Origin: Xylographa opegraphella | Taxonomy: Eukaryota | DNA length: 64,000 nucleotides | Direction: 5' to 3' | Assembly (NCBI GenBank): GCA_022813865.1 | Contig: JALDZX010000003.1 | Location: 372,001 to 436,000, forward strand | In this document: positions 39,609 to 51,008 of the stretch, piece by piece | Numbering within the stretch: the stretch's first letter is position 1 | Layout: the number at the start of each line of letters is the position of its first letter | Translations under genes and position numbers: made by a program | The notes under the pieces: model-generated | What the model was told of the DNA's origin: nothing | Database searches by the model: none | The model's input: only the letters and a program-made list of their open reading frames with translations

Positions 39609-41958
39609 ATGGTGGGCAAGAAGTCGGGCAAAGCTCTCCTCCGAGAGGAAGGTACTGTATCTATGCACGCACATGCTTATAGATTCACTGCTAATAGGGG
39701 TATCTTAGGTCTGGAGAGGACTGATAATAACATGGATCTTACAACGTGGCCTGCTGTTACCATGATCAACCAAAAGAACTACTATACGTAAGCGCTTCAA
39801 TGTTCTCGTGATATCTGTTCAGAAATGAAATCTTTCAAAGCTGAATTTCTTCTTCACGACCGGAGCCTGACACAATTTGATTGAAGAGAATACCTGAAAC
39901 GAGATGACCAGATTCTACCCCTACGACTTCTGCAGGAGGAGCGCCGCAATAGACTCACTGCGACTGCGAAAGATCGAGATCGAGCACTGGCACGAGCAAA
40001 GTCGAACGAACCTCCTGACGTTGAAATGGATTTGGACGAAGATGCAGGGATAGATGAAATGGGAGGCAGCCCAGGAGATCAGGATGCGTCAGGGATGAAA
40101 GTGGTTGTCATACACCCAGGGAGTCAAAATTTACGCGTTGGACTTGCGAGTGATCCATTACCCAAGACGGTCCCAATGGTCATTGCTAGGAGGGGGAAAT
40201 ACAACGAGTCCGAAGAATTTGGTGGGGAGCCGAAGCCCAAACGAATCAGATTAGATGATGGATCTACCCCTGAGCCTGAGAAAATGTTTGGGCAAGAGGT
40301 AAGAAAGCAACTTAGCCGAGGGTGTAGGCTTACTGACGACGTTTCAGTTTGGAAACCAGTACAATGCCATGTGTGCTGAGCTCAAAATACACATGCGAGC
40401 AAACAAGCGCAGAGTCCTTCCAAGTTCGAAGGAGCTTGTAGTCAATTATAACAGCAGGACACCTCATGAAGAAATATCTGAGCATAATGACCCGATGCGA
40501 ATCGATTGGACTGAGATCGGGAACAATCCACAGGAAGCTCCAGACTACATCACAGGCAAAGAAGCGCTACGAATCCCGGACGACTCTAATCCCAGGTACA
40601 AACTTTTCTGGCCACTTCAAAGGGGCTGGTACAACGAGCATGAATATAGGAACAAAACCTTGCTATTTGAGGACATCTCGATCGTCATAGAGGACGCCAT
40701 CAAGCAGCAGCTGAACCTACACAAGAAAAAGGATTGGGCCCAATACGGATGTGTTTTTGTGATACCAGATCTCTATGAACGCCAGTATGTCATACAAGTC
40801 CTTGAGATGCTCATGCGAGACTTTGGCTTTGGTAGAGTCTGCTTCATTCAGGAGAGCCTGGCCGCGACGTTTGGGGCAGGGTACGTTCTTGCTTGTGTCG
40901 TTGATATTGGAGCTCAGAAGACCTCAATATGTTGCGTCGAGGAGGGCATGTGCATCGAAAATTCGCGAGTCAATCTGAAAATGGGTGGGGCGGATGTTAC
41001 AGACGTGTTTATGAAAATGATGTTATACGACCACTTTCCTTATGCGGATATAAATCTCAAACGTCGCTACGACTTTCTTCTGGCTGAAGAACTCAAGATG
41101 AAATATTGTACGATGAACGAAGCCGACATCAGTGTTCAGTTTTGTGAATTCCATCTCCGAGCACCCAATCAGAAAACGAGGAAGTACCTGTTTAAGACAT
41201 ACGATGAGGTTATCCTTGCTCCTCGAGGCTTGTTTGAGCCATCAATATTTGATCACTCCGACAAGCTTCGCGGGCGGCGGAAACTAATCGGACGTTCAGA
41301 GGATCTCTACGACGGTTCTCCAAACGATCCAACGTCAGCAGCTCAATCAGCAATAATCAAATTGATCAACCCACAAGCAGAAAGTCAAGAGCCGACTTCT
41401 AACGGCGATACAAATCACTCCTTTGCAACGTCCACACCATCACGTCCGCTTCCAACATTATTCGATCGCTTCAACGACTCTGATATGCCTAATTCTGCGC
41501 TAGGATCTCCGGCCCCTGAGGGTGAAGGAACACCTGGGCCAGCAATGGACGGGCTTCTCAACGGAACACTCAATACTTTGGGTTCAAGTGTTCGAGATGA
41601 TGTTCTTCCCGTGGTGGCGCTTGATGATGCAATCTTCACCTCGATTACACATGGAGCTCGGAGTGACGAGAAGAAGACGCACGACTTTCTCGGAGCTGTC
41701 ATGGTCATCGGCGGTGGCTCTCAGATTCCCGGATTTCATACCTTTTTAGAAGAAAGAATGAAGCAGCGGAAACCAGGGTACATGAAGCACATCACCATTG
41801 GTACAGCACCGCGAGAATTGGACCCTCAAGGAGTTGTGTGGAAAGGAGCAAGCGTGTTCGGGAAACTGAGCGGGACTAATGATAGCTGGATTGGTAGGAT
41901 GGAATATGATAGGCTGGGGTCAAGGTTGCTGGCATACAAATGCATGTGGTCTTTCTGA
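39609..41958 (+). CDS. arp8: INO80 complex actin-related protein Arp8, 4 exons
   Basis: Motifs MVGKKSGKALLREEG, INQKNYYTEYLKRDD, VVIHPGSQNLRVGLASD, CVVDIGAQKTSICCVEEG and PRELDPQ.VVWKGASVF. Confidence 0.94.
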
Positions 41959-42515
41959 GGGCAAGCCGATAACTGGAAGCATTCTGCATAGGAGGTCTGG
42001 TTGGCCGCATTGAATCGAGGTCTTTGTCGGTCAGAATGATGGACGTCATGCTAGACCATGAAAACCTCTGATCTGATAAAGTGATTCTTTCTGATATGTC
42101 TGCTCGAGGAACATGACTGGATGAAAGTGTCAACAAGCTGGAAAGGAGGGACATACTGAAGTCAGAAGTAGTGGGAGAGTTTTCCACTTCTGGACTGTGT
42201 TCTCTAGAAATTAAGACCCTTTGTAAACGAGGAGTCGAGGATGGATCAGCTGCTGCTATTATATATGCTCGCTTACCAGCTCCCTAAGGGTCCCGCGCCC
42301 ATGGATCAGTATCCGCTAAACAAAAGCCCGAGCACGGAGCATGGTACCTTAAGGTACCTACGCTGCAGTTCAATCGCGCCAGGCCACTTCACCCTCACCA
42401 GGCTACAGAAAAACACCTATCATGCGCTGAAACCCTCCGCTCAACGCTCCTTCCTAGCACATCTACATTCACTCAACCCACCTCGTCGACATTCCTACAC
42501 ATTCCCCCTTCCAAA

Positions 42516-43198
42516 ATGTCCTCATGGTGGCTCTCCGATACGCAGAGTACGTCAGCCCCCTCTCCCTCCCCCGGTCCTCCGGACCCCACTCACTGACCAC
42601 ACTCCCCTGGCTCTAGAGGTCGGAGTCGCCTTCTGCTCAGGCGGTAGGTACGGACGCTCCCCCCCCGCAGCAGCCGTGGCGCACGGCGGCTAACCGCGCT
42701 CCGCCAGGCGGCTTCTTCTTCACCGGCGGCGTGGTCATGTTCTTCGATAGAGCTATGTACATTCCCCCCGCAACCCCCTCCCATCCCTCCTACAGGGCAC
42801 TAACCACCGCCCGCAGGCTCGCCATGGGCAACGTAACCCCGCCCCTTCCCCCCCTTTTCTCTTCCACGTCCACTAAATCAGCCCATTTGGGGGCCCTACA
42901 GATCCTCTTCCTCATCGGCCTCCCGCTCATCATCGGCCCGCAGAAAACGGTGCTGTTCTTCGCGCGGCGGAACAAGCTCAAGGGGACCGCGGCCTTCGTG
43001 GCGGGCATTCTCCTTATCTTGCTGAGGTGGCCGTTGATCGGCTTTTGCGTCGAGCTGTACGGCATCGGGGTGCTGTTTGGGGACTTCTTGGTCACGATCG
43101 GAGGGTATGCGGGCAACGTGCCGGTCGTGGGGCCGTGGGTGAGGCGGGGGCTGGAGAGGGTCAGTGGGGGGAGGAGAAATAGCGAGTTGCCGGTTTGA
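42516..43198 (+). CDS. got1: Golgi transport protein Got1, 5 short exons
   Basis: Spliced product [47 protein letters not shown]...GPQKTVLFFAR...ELYGIGVLFGDF...NSELPV. Confidence 0.9.
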
Positions 43199-43676
43199 GA
43201 GGGACGTGATTGTTTGGCCCCCGGGGGAAAGGAGGAGGGCAGAGATCGGAGATTGGAGACGGAAATATCAGTAGTGGGTAGGGTGTTGAGATAGAGGGAA
43301 ATCCGTATGTCCTTGCGGTCTTTCCGGCTTGGACTCAAGGGCACTGTGGTGGAAGAGGTTCTTATGGCACGCACAAGCGAGGATGTATTCGGGTATTTTT
43401 CCCTTCACGATACATATATTCAAGTATATGAAAACGAATCCAACCATTTTTAATCTTCAACTCACGCCCATGCTGGAGAACCAAAATTTCTATCTGCCGG
43501 ATCCTGTCCATGGAGAGGCTATGCAAGGTATGGGTAAAGGTACAAGTAGTATGGTCATTGAGCTTTCGTTACACATAGAAAAGGAGCAAAGACCAATGCA
43601 CGCCTATGCCAATGAATATCGTATTCCAGTCACCACGAAGGACGTCAGAAGCCTCGGCCGAAATGGCCCGTCCATC

Positions 43677-44398
43677 TCAAAAGCCCACACCGATCAGATA
43701 GTCGGCGAGCTGCTCCACGGTGGTGGCTGCGGCGCCCGGCTGGACCGTCTCCGGATAGTGAGAAATCAGGATTGCTTGTGTGGTTTTGACGATCAGAATG
43801 CCTGTCTTGCCCTGTGTACGAGCCATTCGTCAGTCCTATTAGTGGGATGTTGAACAGCCACGATACGCACTTTCTTGCCGTACAGACTCCTGTCATCGGC
43901 TTTGATAACGACGAATTTGTCACCGGCCACATGCAGACCCGTGCTCTGGACCTTTTTGACATCGCTGGTGTCCTTGTAGGCGCTGACGATCTCTTTGAGC
44001 TCTTCGGGTTTTACCTGGCAAGCGTGGGTGTCAGCCGCATCTCTTATACTAGCGACTGCCGAGATGCCCTTGATAAAGCTGAAGCATGGCGGAACATCGC
44101 GGAACAAGGCTTGTCATCGATTGAGATACAGAAACAGAGATCCACTTGCTTGGCATAACATACATTGAACCCGGGCGATGCAGCCCACTGGCTATCCCCA
44201 GCGGCACTAAATATAGCGGCCATGTCTATATTCCCAGTCCCAACAAGACTTTTGCAGGCTCTCAGCTTCTCTTCATCGCTGTTCGCGAGAGGAATCTGAC
44301 AAACCTTGTGTCGACATATGCTAGAATGATGTACCAAGTCAGCACAGCGCCCGTGGAGCCAAGATGGCTAGGATGAGCTGCCTACCTTGCCACGACAT
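43677..44398 (-). CDS. pfy1: Profilin, multi-exon
   Basis: [67 protein letters not shown]. Confidence 0.95.
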
Positions 44399-46092
44399 TG
44401 CGGATTCCTGGCTCACACGGGTGGACGGTGATTAGAGCTGATACAGCCTGAGGTTACCTTGGTATGCTGTGCTGAGAAGGATCAATGGCGCGCTTATCGG
44501 TATCGGGGGCGGAAGGTGGGCGTCAAGACGAACAGTTGTTTGTGTTGATGAGGAAGCTTTCCAGGGTGGGGTTGGATAGAAGCCCCTCGGATAGCCCCCA
44601 CCAGAAAGCTTTTTCCGGGCCGTTTGCGGCCAAGGCCCTCGTCCGGCCCTTTCCAGCCATGATACGGAGAAGGTCCCAGGTACAAACACTGAGGTAGCCT
44701 CGAGATGCTCACGATAATCCAACCAGAAGATCGGATGATTCATGTCTCGAGCCGTGTTGCATGTTGGAAAGCGCCCGATGCATGCGCATGCTTCCGAGCC
44801 ACGGAAAGCCGCCGGAGTATTGCTCTAGTGAGCTGAGAGCAGAGCGGGTACCGACAGCGCCAATATCAGGCAGGATGCGTATGTATCACGACCTCTGTAC
44901 CAGGGTGGCATCGACCATCGGATATTTTACTGCATGCGATGCTTGACGAGGTTGAGCTCTACGAATACCGACTTACCCAAATCACTCGTCCACGTACTTG
45001 GGAGACGTGCGCCCGGCGCAGATCCTACATGATTGTGGTCTTTGCCGGCCTACAATCAGCTTGCCAGATGAGATTGATGACAACAATGGCCGGAGAGCCT
45101 CGGCAGATAAGAAATCTATCCACCGCTCACACCATTTGCTCAGGAATCTCTCAGAGGTACCTTGCCTTAACATTGCTCTTCACAATACAAGGAGGGATGC
45201 GGGTGTGCGGCTTATATCAGCGGACAATGTTCCGCCCGGCGGCCGCCGGACAACAAACGCAAGCCTCCCTCCCTAAACCTCCCTTCATTTCGGCACAAGA
45301 ATCATCTCATCTCACTCCTCCGGCCATGAAACACCAATCGCAGTCCGCTGCATCCAACCTTCCCAACGCCTCGACTCTGCTGGTGTCGGCTGATAGATAC
45401 TTTGCAGTTATCTTCCTGAGGCTGACATCCGACCATCACCGTGTCAAAGCGCCCTATTCGTGCTGTGTGCGAAATTTGTCGAGTTTAAATCTTCCTGTAC
45501 CAGAGAGCTAGGGCATACCTAGCTCCCAGTTTCATGTATAATCTCTCTAGCCGCTCCATGCCAGCCATTGACTGTCCAAAGTCTCATGAACAAGCAACCC
45601 CGCCATTTCCACACATGATGGTTGTCGTATGTGGCACCATCATCCCGGCTTTGCGTACGTTGGCTTTAAGCATGCCGCACCATGTCCCTGCAGAGGGCAG
45701 TCGTGCTTCTTGCCCGAAGATCACCTCCTTCGAAATGTCCTTGCATATATTCCACCCCGCCGCATGATCCGATCTCTGTTTCATTGATGCAGGGCGGTGA
45801 GCACACTCGCAGTGATTCCGTTCTTGAACCAAGATTTGATGTATCTTCGGCTTCCTTCCGGTTTTTCTTCCGGTTTATTTCCCTCCTCCTTGTCTATCCG
45901 ATAGACTACCTTATCTGAATTGTTTCGTTGGAGAGGAAATTCGAAAGGAATTAGGACACAAGACCGCGTACGGGAAGGGTGTCACTTCTACAGCAGAACT
46001 GCCGCAACGACTCAGGCCGTGCCCGATTATTTGAAAACTTCACAGGACATCGCATATGGTACCTATCTCCAGCGGTTGACGAGAGGCGACAA

Positions 46093-47967
46093 ATGGTAAT
46101 GGCTATGAGAGGGGAAATAATATCTGGTATCATGGCACCGCCAGGCTCATTCAGTGAGGGACCGGCAGCCTCTCGATCTCAGCGAAACGATGCAAGGACT
46201 GCGACAGCATTCGTCTTTACCGACTCGCAATCTTACGACGATCTATATGTTTGGCCTCGACAACAAAGGCTTGTCAATGAAGACACGATGGTGCGGCCGA
46301 GAACTGCAAGTAGTCCTCCACGGAGATCTGCTGGAGAATCTATATTCAATACAATACCAGATGATGAACGGCTTGGCCATCAATCGAAGACTTTTCGTCC
46401 AGCACCATCTCACTCACTTTCATTCCAGGCTCCCAGCTACTCCGAAGACATGGCAATTGGCATAGCCTTAGGGAGTCCAAGTCAAAATGTGTTTCCAGCA
46501 CTTCTTCAAGATGCTCCGGAATCGATGTTGGACTTCGCAAACCGTGCCCCAGTATCTTTTGTCTCCAGTCAGTCGGACATACGTGACGACAATAATGTAG
46601 AGGAGGCGATCAAGCAAAAAGGGAAGTGGAAAATGTTTGGAGGCCTTTTTGGCAAAAAAACCCCGTCGAACCCGGTATCCCCAGCGTCGCCTTTCTACAA
46701 CTTACAGTATCCTAGTCCCGATATCGTCAACATGGAAATTCAGCCACCTCACGAAGAAAAAGTTTCTTCTCGAAACATGGCCGAGTCAAGAAAGCAGCAG
46801 CAAACTATTTTGAGGGATGTGGACATGATAAGAGCTGCTACGCGGAAGAATGTATTAAGCAAGAAACAGAAAGAAGATACGAAGCCAGAGGTCAGGAAAG
46901 CTCGCACAACAAACTTCTTTCACAGCGCTCGGAGATCTCCAAAGACTCCGATCGGTGATACTGATCCTCCTTCGTTGGAGGCCAAGCCGATGATGCTCCG
47001 AGTGGATATACCGGACGTTTCTATGGATCGTTATAGCATTATGTTTTCCCAAGTCTTGAAGCCGGAACAGCCATCGTTGATGGTACGAAGGCAAGCTCAG
47101 TTAGGGAGACTGAAGACGATTGGAGACATGAAACCACTGGTATTGTCGAACTCGCTCATCCGAAGTTACAATACTGATCAATCATAGCCGAGCCCTACTC
47201 GAGCGATGACCAATCCGCCAATACCGGTACGGCGGGCTACCTCGCCATCTCCTCGGTCGATGTCACCATCATTCTCATTATTTCCTGCCCCTCCGCTCAG
47301 TTCCAAGCGGATTCCATCACCTCTGTCTTTAGTCAACCCACCCTCCCTACATCGATCAGCTACTGCCCCAGGAGCGCTATCACCAGCACGAGCAGCATTC
47401 GAGAGCTCTACCAACACATCGAGGGGACCAACGCAACCCACTGCCACAATTCGAAGTCCCGCGCAATCTTCAGATACCGCCACGAGTGCACATGGTCCAC
47501 AATGGAGTTCCGACCTTTCAGCATCCACGGATCCCAGCCCAATAGATGATTCAGATAATGATCATGCCCTTGCGGGCAAGCTTCTTCCAATATCCAAATT
47601 CTCGGCTTCTGCTCGTGCCGACTCTCCGTTCCGACCGGTGAATACCTCGACGAACAACACGCACAAGTCTCACCCATCGCGCAAATTCAATGGGGCCCGA
47701 CAGCTGGACAAACCGACCCATAACGCAGGAACGATTGCTAATCCTTTATCTTCATCTCCACCTTCTGCAGCCGAGATCTCAATCGCAAGACAGATATCAG
47801 TTTCCCGCCGACAACAGCTACTTGTGCCTATCACGCCCAAGATTGCGCGCCAGCCAAAGCAAGCTACACTGGTTGACGTCAACAAACACGTAAAGTCCAC
47901 TGAAAACACAGATGGGAGAGGTCATGTGAGCCGCAAGAGCCAACATGCGCTGCTAGAATTTGCGTAA
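46093..47967 (+). CDS. Ser/Pro-rich hypothetical protein, 2 exons (start codon uncertain)
   Basis: Two long ORFs joined by intron 47140-47187; short ordered-looking motifs (IGIALGSP, KWKMFGGLFGKK, VDIPDVSMDRYSIMF, AEISIARQISVSRRQ) set in disordered sequence. Confidence 0.75.
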
Positions 47968-48042
47968 TCTATGGAACTCGTCCGATCAGCGCCAGAAGTA
48001 GGCTTTCTACTCTATAGTTATCCAGATACCAGCATCGGTTTG

Positions 48043-48152
48043 GTGAAGGTTCAATGGGAAGACTCTTCATCATATTGAACGACCTTCTTAGGTCTGTGAA
48101 GGTTCAATGGGAAGACTGTTCATCATATTGAACGACTTTCTTAGGTCTGTGA
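48043..48152. repeat. Tandem duplication of a 53-bp self-complementary unit
   Basis: gtgaaggttcaatgggaagact(c/g)ttcatcatattgaacgac(c/t)ttcttaggtct occurs at 48043 and 48096 with 2 mismatches. Confidence 0.9.
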
Positions 48153-48790
48153 CCTGCTCGGCTTTTTCACTTCTTTAACGGCCGTCTTCTATTCTTTGAG
48201 ATGACGAGCACTTGGCTTACTCGCTATTGCTCGTGATCTGGATATGACGACTGGGCAGCGAGATGCTCGTTTTTGTGGGCCCCCAAAACTGTAACGCAGT
48301 ACTATACGGCTATTGTCACGAGAAAATGTAGGATATGGACTATATTCAATATTAATGAAGCTCTTGAGATAGGAGACCCTTGAAATTGACGCATATGCTG
48401 CATAGTCTCAGGCCTCTTGTTGCCCTTATCTGCCCGTGTCTGTCCACAGTGTCTCTACTATGGGTAGTAATTCCCACCGGGATTCTTAGCCTCGCCACTG
48501 CCGGCAAAACCTTCCCCGACACGTTTAATGCGCACCAACCCCTCGTGTACCTTATCGTAGACTGCACAGTAACTAGCCATTTTGGCCCGCAACTTCTTTT
48601 GCTTCTGACGAGTACGTCAAGTATTTTCTCTTCAAGTACGTTGATTGTGTGCTCACGGGAGTATTCTGCCCAGCTGACCATATCAGATCTCGCAGCTCGT
48701 ATTCAATGAGTCCTGAGTGACCACGTACGCACTTCAAGGTCAGCGCATACATTCCAGGACTTCAGCCGAGGTTGATTGTGGCGGCGCTCG

Positions 48791-50689
48791 ATGTCTGCTG
48801 CCGCGTTAAACGAGGCGAATGGCACCGAAGAGGCCCAGCATATGGGCGATAGTCCAACTCCTATCAATGGACAGTATGCGCAAGATGGAGGACTTCAGAC
48901 CAAAACACCTCTTCACGCGACAGCGCTCGGTAGCCCCGATTGTGATACTGCCCAAGATGCCGAACCTGGAAATGGACCAGTGGAACCTGCAGACGCATCC
49001 AATGCCGAGGAGCTGCCTGTACCGAAAAGGAATATCGACGATCTGCGGTCCCCGCCGTCTTATCTGGCAGATATACGTTGGCGACTATTCGAAATAAGAG
49101 AGCCAATTGAGCTCAAGATCGATGAATTCGAGAGATACTGGCCATATACAGATAATGTTTGGGTGAGGCAGCACAGAGCCGGCACTGATAGGAGTGGGCG
49201 TGTTACGACAGACTATTACGCCTGCCGCTTGCAACGGCCCACATACACACCAAGGAAGGCAGACACCGCCAGGCCCGACGGCAAGCCATTGCGCAAGAAG
49301 CAGACCCGTGAAGGCGGGACCTGTCAAATGCGCATCAAGACCGTCAGAACCGAGGGCGCCTGCCCCAAATACACCATCACCAAAGTCGGGGACCACGAGC
49401 ACACGCACGATCTGGATCATATGGATAGGATCAAGAGGAACACAGTCGTCATGGAGATCGCCCGAGCGGAAGTCATGAAGGGCTTCATGCCAGCCTCCGT
49501 CTTCACCATCATGAGCGAGGACGAAGAAAAGCTCGCCGCGGCGGGCGGGCGCTACCTGAACCGCAACGACGTCCGCAACGCCTCCCAGGCCTGGCGGCGC
49601 ACCCACGGAGATCAGCTCGGCGTCCACCCTGGCTACAAGTACGACCACGGCAATGGCATCGTCCGAGACGACGAACGATCTACGGCCCTCCTCCCGCCAC
49701 CCACTAACTCCACCAATATCTCCATGCTGGACCCTGCCCTCGCACCCACCCCCGTGGTCCCGGCTCCCGCTCCCGCTCCCGCTCCCACCACGCTTGACTT
49801 CCCGCCATCCTCCCGCCCCTTCCTAACCCCGTACCTCCCCCCACCCACGCCCCCGTCGCCCCTTACCCTCCCGCATGTCACCCTCAGCTACGCCACATCG
49901 CTCGACTCCTTCCTCGCCATTGCGCCCAACACGCGCACCGCCCTCTCCGGCCCCGCCTCCAAAGCACTAACACACTACCTCCGCACCCGCCACGACGCCA
50001 TCCTCATCGGCGTCGGCACCGCCCTCGCCGACGACCCCACCCTCAACGCACGCCTCCCCTCCGCCGGCGGCTACGGCGGCCTCGGCTGGGACGGGCAACC
50101 TCGCCCTGTCATCATCGACCCCTCCGCGCGCTGGGTACTGACGCCACAGTCCGCGATCCTGCAAGCCGTCGCCTCCGGACGCGCCAAGGCCCCCTGGGTC
50201 ATCATCGCGCCCGGCTGCAGCATCGCGCCGGCCCGCCTCGAGCTGCTGAAGCACTACGGCGGCAAGTACGTCGGCCTGCCCGACCTGGAGAAGGGCTACC
50301 GCCTCAGCTGGGAGGCCATCTTCCGCGCCCTCGCCGTCGAGGGCATCCGCAGCGTCATGGTCGAGGGCGGTGGCGTCGTCGTCAACGAGCTGCTGCAGTC
50401 GGAGTATACCCGCTTCGTCGGCAGCGTCGTCGTCACCGTCGCGCCTACCTATCTCGGCACCGGCGGCGTTGTCGTCTGTCCGACGCGGAATGTGGATGCT
50501 TTGGGGAAGCCGTGGCCCGTCGTGCGCTTCAGGGACGTGCGGTGGGAGCAGGTCGGGGAGGATGTGGTTATGTGTGGGAAGGTGGGGCTGGTGGAGGGGG
50601 GGGGTCCGGAGGGTCCGGAGGGTCAGGCGGAGGGTGGGGATGCGGGCGGGCAAGCCCGGGAGCCGGCCGCGGCGAGGTTTACGACGTAG
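48791..50689 (+). CDS. rib7: Rib7/RibD-C pyrimidine reductase (riboflavin biosynthesis) fused to an N-terminal WRKY/GCM1-like zinc-finger region
   Basis: Intronless ORF. C-terminal domain has HVTLSYATSLD, LSGPASKALTHYLR.RHDAILIGVGT.LADDP.LNAR, QPRPVIIDP and SVMVEGGG; N-terminal region has C-x32-C-x25-H-x-H. Confidence 0.9.
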   Translation: MSAAALNEANGTEEAQHMGDSPTPINGQYAQDGGLQTKTPLHATALGSPDCDTAQDAEPGNGPVEPADASNAEELPVPKRNIDDLRSPPSYLADIRWRLFEIREPIELKIDEFERYWPYTDNVWVRQHRAGTDRSGRVTTDYYACRLQRPTYTPRKADTARPDGKPLRKKQTREGGTCQMRIKTVRTEGACPKYTITKVGDHEHTHDLDHMDRIKRNTVVMEIARAEVMKGFMPASVFTIMSEDEEKLAAAGGRYLNRNDVRNASQAWRRTHGDQLGVHPGYKYDHGNGIVRDDERSTALLPPPTNSTNISMLDPALAPTPVVPAPAPAPAPTTLDFPPSSRPFLTPYLPPPTPPSPLTLPHVTLSYATSLDSFLAIAPNTRTALSGPASKALTHYLRTRHDAILIGVGTALADDPTLNARLPSAGGYGGLGWDGQPRPVIIDPSARWVLTPQSAILQAVASGRAKAPWVIIAPGCSIAPARLELLKHYGGKYVGLPDLEKGYRLSWEAIFRALAVEGIRSVMVEGGGVVVNELLQSEYTRFVGSVVVTVAPTYLGTGGVVVCPTRNVDALGKPWPVVRFRDVRWEQVGEDVVMCGKVGLVEGGGPEGPEGQAEGGDAGGQAREPAAARFTT

Positions 50690-51008
50690 GTCTATAAGAA
50701 GCATCTATGAGAGGCACGTTGTGGGCTATGATCGTGGGGTCACGCTGACGATATGCACAGTGAGCCGTGAAGCGCCAAGTTGGGAACTTTTGCCCGAATA
50801 GTGTCCATTTCTGGGTGCTTGCTGCTTCCGCAATGATAGCTAACCCGAACTAACTCCGTCGCTGTGCAAATCGCTGGTAGCGTGTTGCTGGGTATCTTCC
50901 TGAACTGGATCTATGCATGCATGAAGCCAACCGTAAAGAAATCAATCAGCCGAGAGTAATATCTGAGCTCAGACCCTATCCTCCGTTTCAGAGTTTGCTG
51001 ACACTGAC

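Noticed and set aside
44939..45511. 190-aa ORF between profilin and the hypothetical gene
   Set aside because: No homology cues or codon bias; probably promoter/UTR sequence.
48043..48152. CRISPR-like interpretation of the tandem repeat
   Set aside because: Eukaryotic context, only two adjacent units, no spacers and no cas genes.
49967..50704. 245-aa ORF antisense to rib7, and similar ORFs in GC-rich islands (5460-6296, 42790-43374)
   Set aside because: Stop-codon depletion from high GC; they overlap well-supported genes.
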